Origin: the human T2T-CHM13v2.0 reference genome, Homo sapiens
Assembly (NCBI GenBank): GCA_009914755.4
Contig: CP086569.2
Coordinates: 61,536,001 to 61,600,000 of the forward strand
Reading direction: 5' to 3'
DNA: 64,000 nt
Both the position numbers and the translations under genes were made by a program. Below, piece after piece: positions 14,255-28,488 of the stretch (positions are counted from its first letter, which is position 1; the number at the start of each line of letters is the position of its first letter). The notes beneath the pieces were generated by a model. It was not told the origin of the DNA. It was given only the letters and a program-made list of their open reading frames with translations, and searched no databases.

Positions 14255-17200
14255 TACGGACTCCAATGGAATGGAATCGAATGGAAGGGAATCGATCGGA
14301 ATGGACTCGAAGGGAAAAGACTGCAATGGAAAGGTCTCGAATGGAATGGAAATTAATGGAATGGAATGGAATCGAATGAAATGGAGTCAAAAGGAATGGA
14401 ATCGAATGGCAAGAAATCGAATGTAATGGAATCGCAAGGAATTGATGTGAACGGAACGGAATGGAATGGAATCCAAAGGAATGGAATAGAATGGAATGGA
14501 ATCGAATGGAAAGGACTCGAATGGAAATCACTCGAATAGAATGCAATTTAATAAAATAGGATCAAATGTAATGGAATGGAATGGAAAGGAATCGAAACGA
14601 AAGGAATGGAGACAGATGGAATGGAATGGAACAGAGAGCAATGGTATAGAATGGAATGGAATCATCTGGAATGGAATTGAATGGAATGGAATAATATGAA
14701 ATGGAATGGAATGGAATGGAATGGAATGCCCTTGAATTAAATGGACTGGAATGGAATGGACTCGAACAGAGTGGAATGGAAAGTGTTGAGATAGAATGGA
14801 ATGGACTCCTTTGGAATGGTGTAGTATGCAATGCAATCGACTGGCAGGGAATCAAAAGGAATGTAATCGAATGGATTGGACTGGAATGCAATGGACTCGA
14901 ATAGATTGGAAACGGAATGCAAAGGAATGGAATGGAATAGTATGGAATGGAATGGAAAGGAATGGAGTGGAATAGACTAGAGTGGAATGGAATGGACTGG
15001 AAAGCAATGGACTGGAATGGAACTTTCTTGAATGGACTGGAATCAAACGGAATGGAATGCAATGCAATCAAATGGCATGGAATAAAATAGAATGAAAGAG
15101 AATCAAATGGAATTGAATCGAATGGAGTCGAATGGATTGGAAAGGAATAGAATGGAATGGAATGGAATTGACTCAAATGGAATGGACTAGAATGGAATGG
15201 ATTCGAATGGAAGGCAAAGGAATGGAATCTATTGGAATGGACTGTAATGGAATGGAATGGAAGGGATTGGAATGGACTCGAATGGAATGGACTGCAATAG
15301 AAAGGATTCGAATGGAATGAAAAAGAATTGAATGGAATAGAACAGAATGGAATCAAATCGAATGAAATGGAATGGAATAGAAAGGAATGGAATGAAATGG
15401 AATGGAAAGGATTCGAATGGAATGCAATCGAATGGAATGGAATCGAACGGAATGGAATAAAATGGAAGAAAACTGGCAAGAAATGGAATCGAAATGAATG
15501 GAGTGTTATGGAACGGACTCAACAGGAATTGAATGTAATAGAATGGAGTGGAGTGGACTCGAATATAATGGACTGGAATGGAATGAAATCACATGGAATG
15601 GGAACGAATGGAATGGAATGGAAAGGAATGGAATCGAATGGAAAGGAATCGAATGGAAGGGAATGAAATTGAATCAACAGGAATGGAAGGGAATAGAATA
15701 GACGGTAATGGAATGGACTCGAATAGAATGGACACGAATGCTCAAATTGAATGGACTCGAATGGAATGGAAACGAAAGGAATGTCATCGAATGGAATTGA
15801 ATCGATTGGAATGAAATCGCATAGAATGGAGTGGAATCAAATGGAATTGAATCGAAAGGAAAGGAAGCGAATGGACTGAAATGAAATGGAATGGAATTGA
15901 ATGGAAAGTAATGCAATGGAATAGAATGGAACGAAATTTCACGGAATGGAATCAAACTGAATGGAATCAAGTCAATGGAATCAAATCAAATGGAATGGAA
16001 AGGAATTGAATGGAGTACATTGGATTGGATGGGATTGGAATGAAATGTACTGGAAAGGACTCGAATTTCACGAAACGGAATGGAATGAATTGGAACGGAA
16101 TGGACTCGAATGGAATGGAATGTCATGGAATGGCATCAAATGGAATGGCATCAAATGGAATGGAATCGAATGCAATGGAATGCTATGGAATGGAATGGAA
16201 TGCATTGGAATGGAATGTCCTCTAATGGAATGGATTCGAGTGGAATGGAATCGAATATAATGGAGTTGAATGAAATGGAATTGAAAGGAATGGGATCGAA
16301 TACAATGGAATATACTGGAATGTAATATAATGAACTCGAATGTAATTGACTGGAATGGAATGTACATGAATGGAATGTAATCGAATGGAAAGTAATCCAA
16401 TGGAGTAGAATCTAATGCAATAAAATCGACTCAGATAGAGTAGAATGTAATGGAATGGAGTGCAGTGCAATGGAATGGAATAGAATGGAATGCAATGGAA
16501 TGGAATGGAAGGGAATGGAATGGAATGGAATGGAATGGAATTGGATGGGATGGAATGGTATGGAATGGATAGTAATGGACTGGAGTGAAATGGACTGGAA
16601 AGGAATGGACTCAAATTGAAAGGGCTCGAAAGGAATGGAGTCAAATGGAATGGTCTGGAATGGAATGAACACGAATGTAATGCAATCCAATAGAAGGGAA
16701 TCGAATGGCATGGAATATAAAGAAATGGAATCGAAGAGAATGGAAACAAATGGAATGGAATTGAATGGAATGGAATTGAATGGAATGGGAACGAATGGAG
16801 TGAAATTGTATGCAGTAGAAGGGAATAGAATGGAATGCAAGCGAAAGGAAAGGAATGGATTGGAATGGAATGGAATTCATTGGAATGGAAGGGAATGTAG
16901 TGTAATGGACAGGCCTGGAATAATGTGGAATGCTACAGTCTCGAATGGAATAAAAATGTATGGAATGGAATGCAATGAAACGGAATCGAATGTCATAGAA
17001 TGTAATGGAATGCAAAAAAATGGAATCCAAAATCATTGACTGGAAAGGCTGGGTGTCGAAAGGAATTGACTCCAATGGAATGGAATCGAATGGAATGGAA
17101 GTGAATAGAATCGAACTAAATCGAATGGAATGGAATTGATAGGAACGGAATGGAAAGGAATGCAATGATTTGGCATGGAATGGAATCGAATGGCATCGAA

Positions 17201-17828
17201 TGGAATGGAATGGAATGCAATGGAATGGAATGTATTAGAATGTAATGAACTTTAATGGAATGTACTCGAATGGATTCGACTGGAATGGAATGTTCTGGAA
17301 GTGAATGGACTCCAATGGAATGGATTCAAAAGGAATGGGATCGTACGGAATGGAATCTAATGGAATGGAATTAAATGGAAATGAATCAAATTGAATACCA
17401 CGGAATTGACTTGAATGGAATGGAATGCAATGGAATCTAATGAAACGGAAAGGAAAGGAATGGAATGGAATGGAATGGGCTGGAATGGAAAGGAATCGAA
17501 ACGAATGGAATGGAATCGAACTGAAGAGACTGGAATGGAATGCACTGGAATGGAAGGGAGTGTACTGGAAGGTTCTCGAAAATAATGGAATCGAATGGAA
17601 TGGAATTGAATGGAACGGAATAGAGTCGAATGGAATTGAATGGAATGGAATGGACTAGAGTGAAATGGAATCGAACCACAAGGAATGGACAGGAATAGAA
17701 TGGTCTCGAATTGAATGGAATCGTATGGAATGGCATCAAACGGAATGGAATGGACAGCCACGGAATGGAATGCACTCGAATGCAATGGAGTCGAAACTAA
17801 TGGACTGGAATAGAATGGAATCGACTGG
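14255..17828 (+). repeat. HOR unit 5 (type B), 3574 bp
   Basis: Runs from anchor 14255 to anchor 17829. The type-B marker is at 17425–17658, 10,670 bp after its position in unit 2. Confidence 0.85.
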
Positions 17829-20800
17829 TACGGACTCCAATGGAATGGAATCGAATGGAAGGGAATCGAACGGAATGGACTCGAAGGGAAAAGACTGCAA
17901 TGGAAAGGTCTCGAATGGAATGGAAATTAATGGAATGGAATGGAATCGAATGAAATGGAGTCAAAAGGAATGGAATCGAATGGCAAGAAATCGAATGTAA
18001 TGGAATCGCAAGGAATTGATGTGAACGGAACGGAATGGAATGGAATCCAAGGAATGGAATAGAATGGAATGGAATCGAATGGAAAGGACTCGAATGGAAA
18101 TCACTGGAATAGAATGCAATTTAATAAAATAGGATCAAATGTAATGGAATGGAATGGAAAGGAATCGAAACGAAAGGAATGGAGACAGATGGAATGGAAT
18201 GGAACAGAGAGCAATGGTATAGAATGGAATGGAATCATCTGGAATGGAATTGAATGGAATGGAATAATATGAAATGGAATGGAATGGAATGGAATGGAAT
18301 GCCCTTGAATTAAATGGACTGGAATGGACTGGACTCGAACAGAGTGGAATGGAAAGTGTTGAGATAGAATGGAATGGACTCCTTTGGAATGGTGTAGTAT
18401 GCAATGCAATCGACTGGCAGGGAATCAAAAGGAATGTAATCGAATGGATTGGACTGGAATGCAATGGACTCGAATAGATTGGAAACGGAATGCAAAGGAA
18501 TGGAATGGAATAGTATGGAATGGAATGGAAAGGAATGGAGTGGAATAGACTAGAGTGGAATTGAATGGACTGGAAAGCAATGGACTGGAATGGAACTTTC
18601 TTGAATGGACTGGAATCAAACGGAATGGAATGCAATGCAATCAAATGGCATGGAATAAAATAGAATGAAAGAGAATCAAATGGAATTGAATCGAATGGAA
18701 TCGAATGGATTGGAGAGGAATTGAATGGAATGGAATGGAATTGACTCAAATGGAATGGACTAGAATGGAATGGATTCGAATGGAAGGCAAAGGAATGGAA
18801 TCTATTGGAATGGACTCTAATGGAATGGAATGGAAGGGATTGGAATGGACTCGAATGGAATGGACTGCAATAGAAAGGATTCGAATGGAATGAAAAAGAA
18901 TTGAATGGAATAGAACAGAATGGAATCAAATCGAATGAAATGGAATGGAATAGAAAGGAATGGAATGAAATGGAATGGAAAGGATTCGAATGGAATGCAA
19001 TCGAATGGAATGGAATCGAACGGAATGGAATAAAATGGAAGAAAACTGGCAAGAAATGGAATCGAAATGAATGGAGTGTTATGGAACGGACTCAAAAGGA
19101 ATTGAATGTAATAGAATGGAGTGGAGTGGACTCGAATATAATGGACTGGAATGGAATGAAATCACATGGAATGGGAACGAATGGAATGGAATGGAAAGGA
19201 ATGGAATCGAATGGAAAGGAATCGAATGGAAGGGAATGAAATTGAATCAACAGGAATGGAAGGGAATAGAATAGACGGTAATGGAATGGACTCGAATAGA
19301 ATGGACACGAATGCTCAAATTGAATGGACTCGAAAGGAATGGAAAGGAAAGGAATGTCATCGAATGGAATTGAATCGATTGGAATGAAATCGCATAGAAT
19401 GGAGTGGAATCAAATGGAATTGAATCGAAAGGAAAGGAAGCGAATGGACTGAAATGAAATGGAATGGAATTGAATGGAAAGTAATGCAATGGAATAGAAT
19501 GGAACGAAATTTCACGGAATGGAATCAAACTGAATGGAATCAAATCAATGGAATCAAATCAAATGGAATGGAAAGGAATTGAATGGAGTAGATTGGATTG
19601 GATGGGATTGGAATGAAATGTACTGGAAAGGACTCGAATTTCATGAAACGGAATGGAATGAATTGGAACGGAATGGACTCGAATGGAATGGAATGTCATG
19701 GAATGGCATCAAATGGAATGGAATCGAATGCAATGGAATGCTATGGAATGGAATGGAATGCATTGGAATGGAATGTCCTCTAATGGAATGGATTCGAGTG
19801 GAATGGAATCGAATATAATGGAGTCGAATGAAATGGAATTGAAAGGAATGGGATCGAATACAATGGAATATACTGGAATGTAATGTAATGAACTCGAATG
19901 TAATTGACTGGAATGGAATGTACATGAATGGAATGTAATCGAATGGAAAGTAATCCAATGGAATAGAATCTAATGCAATAAAATCGACTCAAATAGAGTA
20001 GAATGTAATGGAATGGAGTGCAGTGCAATGGAATGGAATGGAATGGAATGCAATGGAATGGAATGGAATGGAATGGAATGGGATGGAATGGTATGGAATG
20101 GATAGTAATGGACTGGAGTGAAATGGACTGGAAAGGAATGGACTCAAATTGAAAGGGCTCGAAAGGAATGGAGTCAAATGGAATGGTCTGGAATGGAATG
20201 AACACGAATGTAATGCAATCCAATAGAATGGAATCGAATGGCATGGAATATAAAGAAATGGAATCGAAGAGAATGGAAACAAATGGAGTGGAATTGAATG
20301 GAATGGAATTGATTGGAATGGGAACGAATGGAGTGAAATTGTATGCAGTAGAAGAGAATAGAATGGAATGCAAGCGAAAGGAATGGAATGGATTGGAATG
20401 GAATGGAATTCATTGGAATGGAAGGGAATGTAGTGTAATGGACAGGCCTGGAATAAAGTGGAATGCTACGGTCTCGAATGGAATAAAAATGTATGGAATG
20501 GAATGCAATGAAACGGAATCGAATGTCATAGAATGTAATGGAATGCAAAAAATGGAATCCAAAATCATTGACTGGAAAGGCTGGGTGTCGAAAGGAATTG
20601 ACTCCAATGGAATGGAATCGAATGGAATGGAAGTGAATAGAATCGAACTAAATCGAATGGAATGGAATTGATAGGAACGGAATGGAAAGGAATGCAATGA
20701 TTTGGCATGGAATGGAATCGAATGGCATCGAATGGAATGGAATGGAATGGAATGCAATGGAATGGAATGTGTTAGAATGTAATGAACTTTAATGGAATGT

Positions 20801-21365
20801 ACTCGAATGGATTCGACTGGAATGGAATGTTCTGGAAGTGAATGGACTCCAATGGAATGGATTCAAAAGGAATGGAATCGTACGGAATGGAATCTAATGG
20901 AATGGAATTAAATGGAAATGAATCAAATGGAATAGCACGGAATTGAATTGAATGGAATCGAATGCAATGGAATCTAATGAAACGGAAAGGAAAGGAATGG
21001 AATGGAATGGAATGGGCTGGAATGGAAAGGAATCGAAATGAATGGAATGGAATCGAACTGAAGAGACTGGAATGGAATGCACTGGAATGGAAGGGAGTGT
21101 AATGGAAGGTTCTCGAAAAAAATGGAATCGAATGGAATGGAATTGAATGGAACGGAATAGAGTCGAATGGAATTGAATGGAATGGAATGGACTAGAGTGA
21201 AATGGAATAGAACCACAAGGAATGGACAGGAATAGAATAGTCTCGAATTGAATGGAATCGTATGGAATGGCATCAAACGGAATGGAATGGATAGCCACGG
21301 AATGGAATGCACTCGAATGCAATGGAGTCGAAACTAATGGACTGGAATAGAATGGACTCGACTGG
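17829..21365 (+). repeat. HOR unit 6 (type C), 3537 bp
   Basis: Runs from anchor 17829 to anchor 21366. The type-C marker gatagccacgg is at about 21290. Confidence 0.85.
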
Positions 21366-24300
21366 TACGGACTCCAATGGAATGGAATCGAATGGAAGGG
21401 AATCGAATGGAATGGACTCGAAGGGAAAAGACTGCAATGGAAAGGTCTCGAATGGAATGGAAATTAATGGAATGGAATGGAATCGAATGAAATGGAGTCA
21501 AAAGGAATGGAATCGAATGGCAAGAAATCGAATGTAATGGAATCGCAAGGAATTGATGTGAACGGAACAGAATGGAATGGAATCCAAAGGAATGGAATAG
21601 AATGGAATGGAATCGAATGGAAAGGACTCGAATGGAAATCACTCGAATAGAATGCAATTTAATAAAATAGGATCAAATGTAATGGAATGGAATGGAAAGG
21701 AATCGAAACGAAAGGAATGGAGACAGATGGAATGGAATGGAACAGAGAGCAATGGTATAGAATGGAATGGAATCATCTGGAATGGAATTGAATGGAATGG
21801 AATAATATGAAATGGAATGGAATGGAATGGAATGGAATGCCCTTGAATTAAATGGACTGGAATGGAATGGACTCGAACAGAGTGGAATGGAAAGTGTTGA
21901 GATAGAATGGAATGGACTCCTTTGGAATGGTGTAGTATGCAATGCAATCGACTGGCAGGGAATCAAAAGGAATGTAATGGAATGGATTGGACTGGAATGC
22001 AATGGACTCGAATAGATTGGAAACGGAATGCAAAGGAATGGAATGGAATAGTATGGAATGGAATGGAAAGGAATGGAGTGGAATAGACTAGAGTGGAATG
22101 GAATGAACTGGAAAGCAATGGACTGGAATGGAACTTTCTTGAACGGACTGGAATCAAACGGAATGGAATGCAATGCAATCAAATGGCATGGAATAAAATA
22201 GAATGAAAGAGAATCAAATGGAATTGAATCGAATGGAATCGAATGGATTGGAAAGGAATAGAATGGAATGGAATGGAATTGACTCAAATGGAATGGACTA
22301 GAATGGAATTTATTCGAATGGAAGGCAAAGGAATGGAATCTATTGGAATGGACTGTAATGGAATGGAATGGAAGGGATTGGAATGGACTCGAATGGAATG
22401 GACTGCAATAGAAAGGATTCGAATGGAATGAAAAAGAATTGAATGGAATAGAACAGAATGGAATCAAATCGAATGAAATGGAATGGAATAGAAAGGAATG
22501 GAATGAAATGGAATGGAAAGGATTCGAATGGAATGCAATCGAATGGAATGGAATCGAACGGAATGGAATAAAATGGAAGAAAACTGGCAAGAAATGGAAT
22601 CGAAATGAATGGAGTGTTATGGAACGGACTCAAAAGGAATTGAATGTAATAGAATGGAGTGGAGTGGACTCGAATATAATGGACTGGAATGGAATGAAAT
22701 CACATGGAATGGGAACGAATGGAATGGAATGGAAAGGAATGGAATGGAATGGAAAGGAATCGAATGGAAGGGAATGAAATTGAATCAACAGGAATGGAAG
22801 GGAATAGAATAGACGGTAATGGAATGGACTCGAATAGAATGGACACGAATGCTCAAATTGAATGGACTCGAAAGGAATGGAAAGGAAAGGAATGTGATCG
22901 AATGGAATTGAATCGATTGGAATGAAATCGCATAGAATGGAGTGGAATCAAATGGAATTGAATCGAAAGGAAAGGAAGCGAATGGACTGAAATGAAATGG
23001 AATGGAATTGAATGGAAATTAATGCAATGGAATAGAATGGAACGAAATTTCACGGAATGGAATCAAACTGAATGGAATCAAATCAATGGAATCTAATCAA
23101 ATGGAATGGAAAGGAATTGAATGGAGTAGATTGGATTGGATGGGATTGGAATGAAATGTACTGGAAAGGACTCGAATTTCATGAAACGGAATGGAATGAA
23201 TTGGAACGGAATGGACTCGAATGGAATGGAATGTCATGGAATGGCATCAAATGGAATGGCATCAAATGGAATGGAATCGAATGCAATGGAATGCTATGGA
23301 ATGGAATGGAATGCATTGGAATGGAATGTCCTCTAATGGAATGGATTCGAGTGGAATGGAATCGAATATAATGGAGTCGAATGAAATGGAATTGAAAGGA
23401 ATGGGATCGAATACAATGGAATATACTGGAATGTAATGTAATGAACTCGAATGTAATTGACTGGAATGGAATGTACATGAATGGAATGTAATCGAATGGA
23501 AAGTAATCCAATGGAATAGAATCTAATGCAATAAAATCGACTCAGATAGAGTAGAATGTAATGGAATGGAGTGCAGTGGAATGGAATGGAATGGAATGGA
23601 ATGCAATGGAATGGAATGGAATGGAATGGAATGGGATGGAATGGTATGGAATGGATAGTAATGGACTGGAGTGAAATGGACTGGAAAGGAATGGACTCAA
23701 ATTGCAAGGGCTCGAAAGGAATGGAGTCAAATGGAATGGTCTGGAATGGAATGAACACGAATGTAATGCAATCCAATAGAATGGAATCGAATGGCATGGA
23801 ATATAAAGAAATGGAATCGAAGAGAATGGAAACAAATGGAATGGAATTGAATGGAATGGAATTGAATGGAATGGGAACGAATGGAGTGAAATTGTATGCA
23901 GTAGAAGAGAATAGAATGGAATGCAAGTGAAAGGAAAGGAATGGATTGGAATGGAATGGAATTCATTGGAATGGAAGGGAATGTAGTGTAATGGACAGGC
24001 CTGGAATAAAGTGGAATGCTACGGTCTCGAATGGAATAAAAATGTATGGAATGGAATGCAATGAAACGGAATCGAATGTCATAGAATGTAATGGAATGCA
24101 AAAAAATGGAATCCAAAATCATTGACTGGAAAGGCTGGGTGTCGAAAGGAATTGACTCCAATGGAATGGAATCGAATGGAATGGAAGTGAATAGAATCGA
24201 ACTAAATCGAATGGAATGGAATTGATAGGAACGGAATGGAAAGGAATGCAATGATTTGGCATGGAATGGAATCGAATGGCATCGAATGGAATGGAATGGA

Positions 24301-24914
24301 ATGCAATGGAATGGAATGTATTAGAATGTAATGAACTTTAATGGAATGTACTCGAATGGATTCGACTGGAATGGAATGTTCTGGAAGTGAATGGACTCCA
24401 ATGGAATGGATTCAAAAGGAATGGAATCGTACGGAATGGAATCTAATGGAATGGAATTAAATGGAAATGAATCAAATTGAATAGCACGGAATTGAATTGA
24501 ATGGAATCGAATGCAATGGAATCAAATGAAACGGAAAAGAAAGGAATGGAATGGAATGGAATGGGCTGGAATGGAAAGGAATCGAAACGAATGGAATGGA
24601 ATCGAACTGAAGAGACTGGAATGGAATGCACTGGAATGGAAGGGAGTGTAATGGAAGGTTCTCGAAAAAAATGGAATCGAATGGAATGGAATTGAATGGA
24701 ACGGAATAGAGTCGAATGGAATTGAATGGAATGGAATGGACTAGAGTGAAATGGAATCGAACCACAAGGAATGGACAGGAATAGAATGGTCTCGAATTGA
24801 ATGGAATCGTATGGAATGGCATCAAACGGAATGGAATGGACAGCCACGGAATGGAATGCACTCGAATGCAATGGAGTCGAAACTAATGGACTGGAATAGA
24901 ATGGACTCGACTGG
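21366..24914 (+). repeat. HOR unit 7 (type A), 3549 bp
   Basis: Runs from anchor 21366 to anchor 24915. The type-A marker is at 24501–24695. Confidence 0.85.
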
Positions 24915-27900
24915 TACGGACTCCAATGGAATGGAATCGAATGGAAGGGAATCGATCGGAATGGACTCGAAGGGAAAAGACTGCAATGGAAAGGTCTCGA
25001 ATGGAATGGAAATTAATGGAATGGAATGGAATCGAATGAAATGGAGTCAAAAGGAATGGAATCGAATGGCAAGAAATCGAATGTAATGGAATCGCAAGGA
25101 ATTGATGTGAACGGAACGGAATGGAATGGAATCCAAAGGAATGGAATAGAATGGAATGGAATCGAATGGAAAGGACTCGAATGGAAATCACTCGAATAGA
25201 ATGCAATTTAATAAAATAGGATCAAATGTAATGGAATGGAATGGAAAGGAATCGAAACGAAAGGAATGGAGACAGATGGAATGGAATGGAACAGAGAGCA
25301 ATGGTATAGAATGGAATGGAATCATCTGGAATGGAATTGAATGGAATGGAATAATATGAAATGGAATGGAATGGAATGGAATGGAATGCCCTTGAATTAA
25401 ATGGACTGGAATGGAATGGACTCGAACAGAGTGGAATGGAAAGTGTTGAGATAGAATGGAATGGACTCCTTTGGAATGGTGTAGTATGCAATGCAATCGA
25501 CTGGCAGGGAATCAAAAGGAATGTAATCGAATGGATTGGACTGGAATGCAATGGACTCGAATAGATTGGAAACGGAATGCAAAGGAATGGAATGGAATAG
25601 TATGGAATGGAATGGAAAGGAATGGAGTGGAATAGACTAGAGTGGAATGGAATGGACTGGAAAGCAATGGACTGGAATGGAACTTTCTTGAATGGACTGG
25701 AATCAAACGGAATGGAATGCAATGCAATCAAATGGCATGGAATAAAATAGAATGAAAGAGAATCAAATGGAATTGAATCGAATGGAGTCGAATGGATTGG
25801 AAAGGAATAGAATGGAATGGAATGGAATTGACTCAAATGGAATGGACTAGAATGGAATGGATTCGAATGGAAGGCAAAGGAATGGAATCTATTGGAATGG
25901 ACTGTAATGGAATGGAATGGAAGGGATTGGAATGGACTCGAATGGAATGGACTGCAATAGAAAGGATTCGAATGGAATGAAAAAGAATTGAATGGAATAG
26001 AACAGAATGGAATCAAATCGAATGAAATGGAATGGAATAGAAAGGAATGGAATGAAATGGAATGGAAAGGATTCGAATGGAATGCAATCGAATGGAATGG
26101 AATCGAACGGAATGGAATAAAATGGAAGAAAACTGGCAAGAAATGGAATCGAAATGAATGGAGTGTTATGGAACGGACTCAACAGGAATTGAATGTAATA
26201 GAATGGAGTGGAGTGGACTCGAATATAATGGACTGGAATGGAATGAAATCACATGGAATGGGAACGAATGGAATGGAATGGAAAGGAATGGAATCGAATG
26301 GAAAGGAATCGAATGGAAGGGAATGAAATTGAATCAACAGGAATGGAAGGGAATAGAATAGACGGTAATGGAATGGACTCGAATAGAATGGACACGAATG
26401 CTCAAATTGAATGGACTCGAATGGAATGGAAACGAAAGGAATGTCATCGAATGGAATTGAATCGATTGGAATGAAATCGCATAGAATGGAGTGGAATCAA
26501 ATGGAATTGAATCGAAAGGAAAGGAAGCGAATGGACTGAAATGAAATGGAATGGAATTGAATGGAAAGTAATGCAATGGAATAGAATGGAACGAAATTTC
26601 ACGGAATGGAATCAAACTGAATGGAATCAAGTCAATGGAATCAAATCAAATGGAATGGAAAGGAATTGAATGGAGTACATTGGATTGGATGGGATTGGAA
26701 TGAAATGTACTGGAAAGGACTCGAATTTCACGAAACGGAATGGAATGAATTGGAACGGAATGGACTCGAATGGAATGGAATGTCATGGAATGGCATCAAA
26801 TGGAATGGCATCAAATGGAATGGAATCGAATGCAATGGAATGCTATGGAATGGAATGGAATGCATTGGAATGGAATGTCCTCTAATGGAATGGATTCGAG
26901 TGGAATGGAATCGAATATAATGGAGTTGAATGAAATGGAATTGAAAGGAATGGGATCGAATACAATGAAATATACTGGAATGTAATATAATGAACTCGAA
27001 TGTAATTGACTGGAATGGAATGTACATGAATGGAATGTAATCGAATGGAAAGTAATCCAATGGAGTAGAATCTAATGCAATAAAATCGACTCAGATAGAG
27101 TAGAATGTAATGGAATGGAGTGCAGTGCAATGGAATGGAATAGAATGGAATGCAATGGAATGGAATGGAAGGGAATGGAATGGAATGGAATGGAATGGAA
27201 TTGGATGGGATGGAATGGTATGGAATGGATAGTAATGGACTGGAGTGAAATGGACTGGAAAGGAATGGACTCAAATTGAAAGGGCTCGAAAGGAATGGAG
27301 TCAAATGGAATGGTCTGGAATGGAATGAACACGAATGTAATGCAATCCAATAGAAGGGAATCGAATGGCATGGAATATAAAGAAATGGAATCGAAGAGAA
27401 TGGAAACAAATGGAATGGAATTGAATGGAATGGAATTGAATGGAATGGGAACGAATGGAGTGAAATTGTATGCAGTAGAAGGGAATACAATGGAATGCAA
27501 GCGAAAGGAAAGGAATGGATTGGAATGGAATGGAATTCATTGGAATGGAAGGGAATGTAGTGTAATGGACAGGCCTGGAATAATGTGGAATGCTACAGTC
27601 TCGAATGGAATAAAAATGTATGGAATGGAATGCAATGAAACGGAATCGAATGTCATAGAATGTAATGGAATGCAAAAAAATGGAATCCAAAATCATTGAC
27701 TGGAAAGGCTGGGTGTCGAAAGGAATTGACTCCAATGGAATGGAATCGAATGGAATGGAAGTGAATAGAATCGAACTAAATCGAATGGAATGGAATTGAT
27801 AGGAACGGAATGGAAAGGAATGCAATGATTTGGCATGGAATGGAATCGAATGGCATCGAATGGAATGGAATGGAATGCAATGGAATGGAATGTATTAGAA

Positions 27901-28488
27901 TGTAATGAACTTTAATGGAATGTACTCGAATGGATTCGACTGGAATGGAATGTTCTGGAAGTGAATGGACTCCAATGGAATGGATTCAAAAGGAATGGGA
28001 TCGTACGGAATGGAATCTAATGGAATGGAATTAAATGGAAATGAATCAAATTGAATAGCACGGAATTGACTTGAATGGAATGGAATGCAATGGAATCTAA
28101 TGAAACGGAAAGGAAAGGAATGGAATGGAATGGAATGGGCTGGAATGGAAAGGAATCGAAACGAATGGAATGGAATCGAACTGAAGAGACTGGAATGGAA
28201 TGCACTGGAATGGAAGGGAGTGTACTGGAAGGTTCTCGAAAATAATGGAATCGAATGGAATGGAATTGAATGGAACGGAATAGAGTCGAATGGAATTGAA
28301 TGGAATGGAATGGACTAGAGTGAAATGGAATCGAACCACAAGGAATGGACAGGAATAGAATGGTCTCGAATTGAATGGAATCGTATGGAATGGCATCAAA
28401 CGGAATGGAATGGACAGCCACGGAATGGAATGCACTCGAATGCAATGGAGTCGAAACTAATGGACTGGAATAGAATGGAATCGACTGG
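24915..28488 (+). repeat. HOR unit 8 (type B), 3574 bp
   Basis: Runs from anchor 24915 to anchor 28489. The type-B marker is at 28085–28318. Confidence 0.85.

Larger units (their letters stand above)
10706..21365 (+). repeat. Super-repeat copy 2 (units A-B-C, 10,660 bp)
   Basis: Same as copy 1. Corresponding units have identical ORF-track patterns (for example 69 / 134 / 167-aa artefact ORFs at 13061 / 16635 / 20168, matching 2391 / 5965 / 9513). Confidence 0.85.
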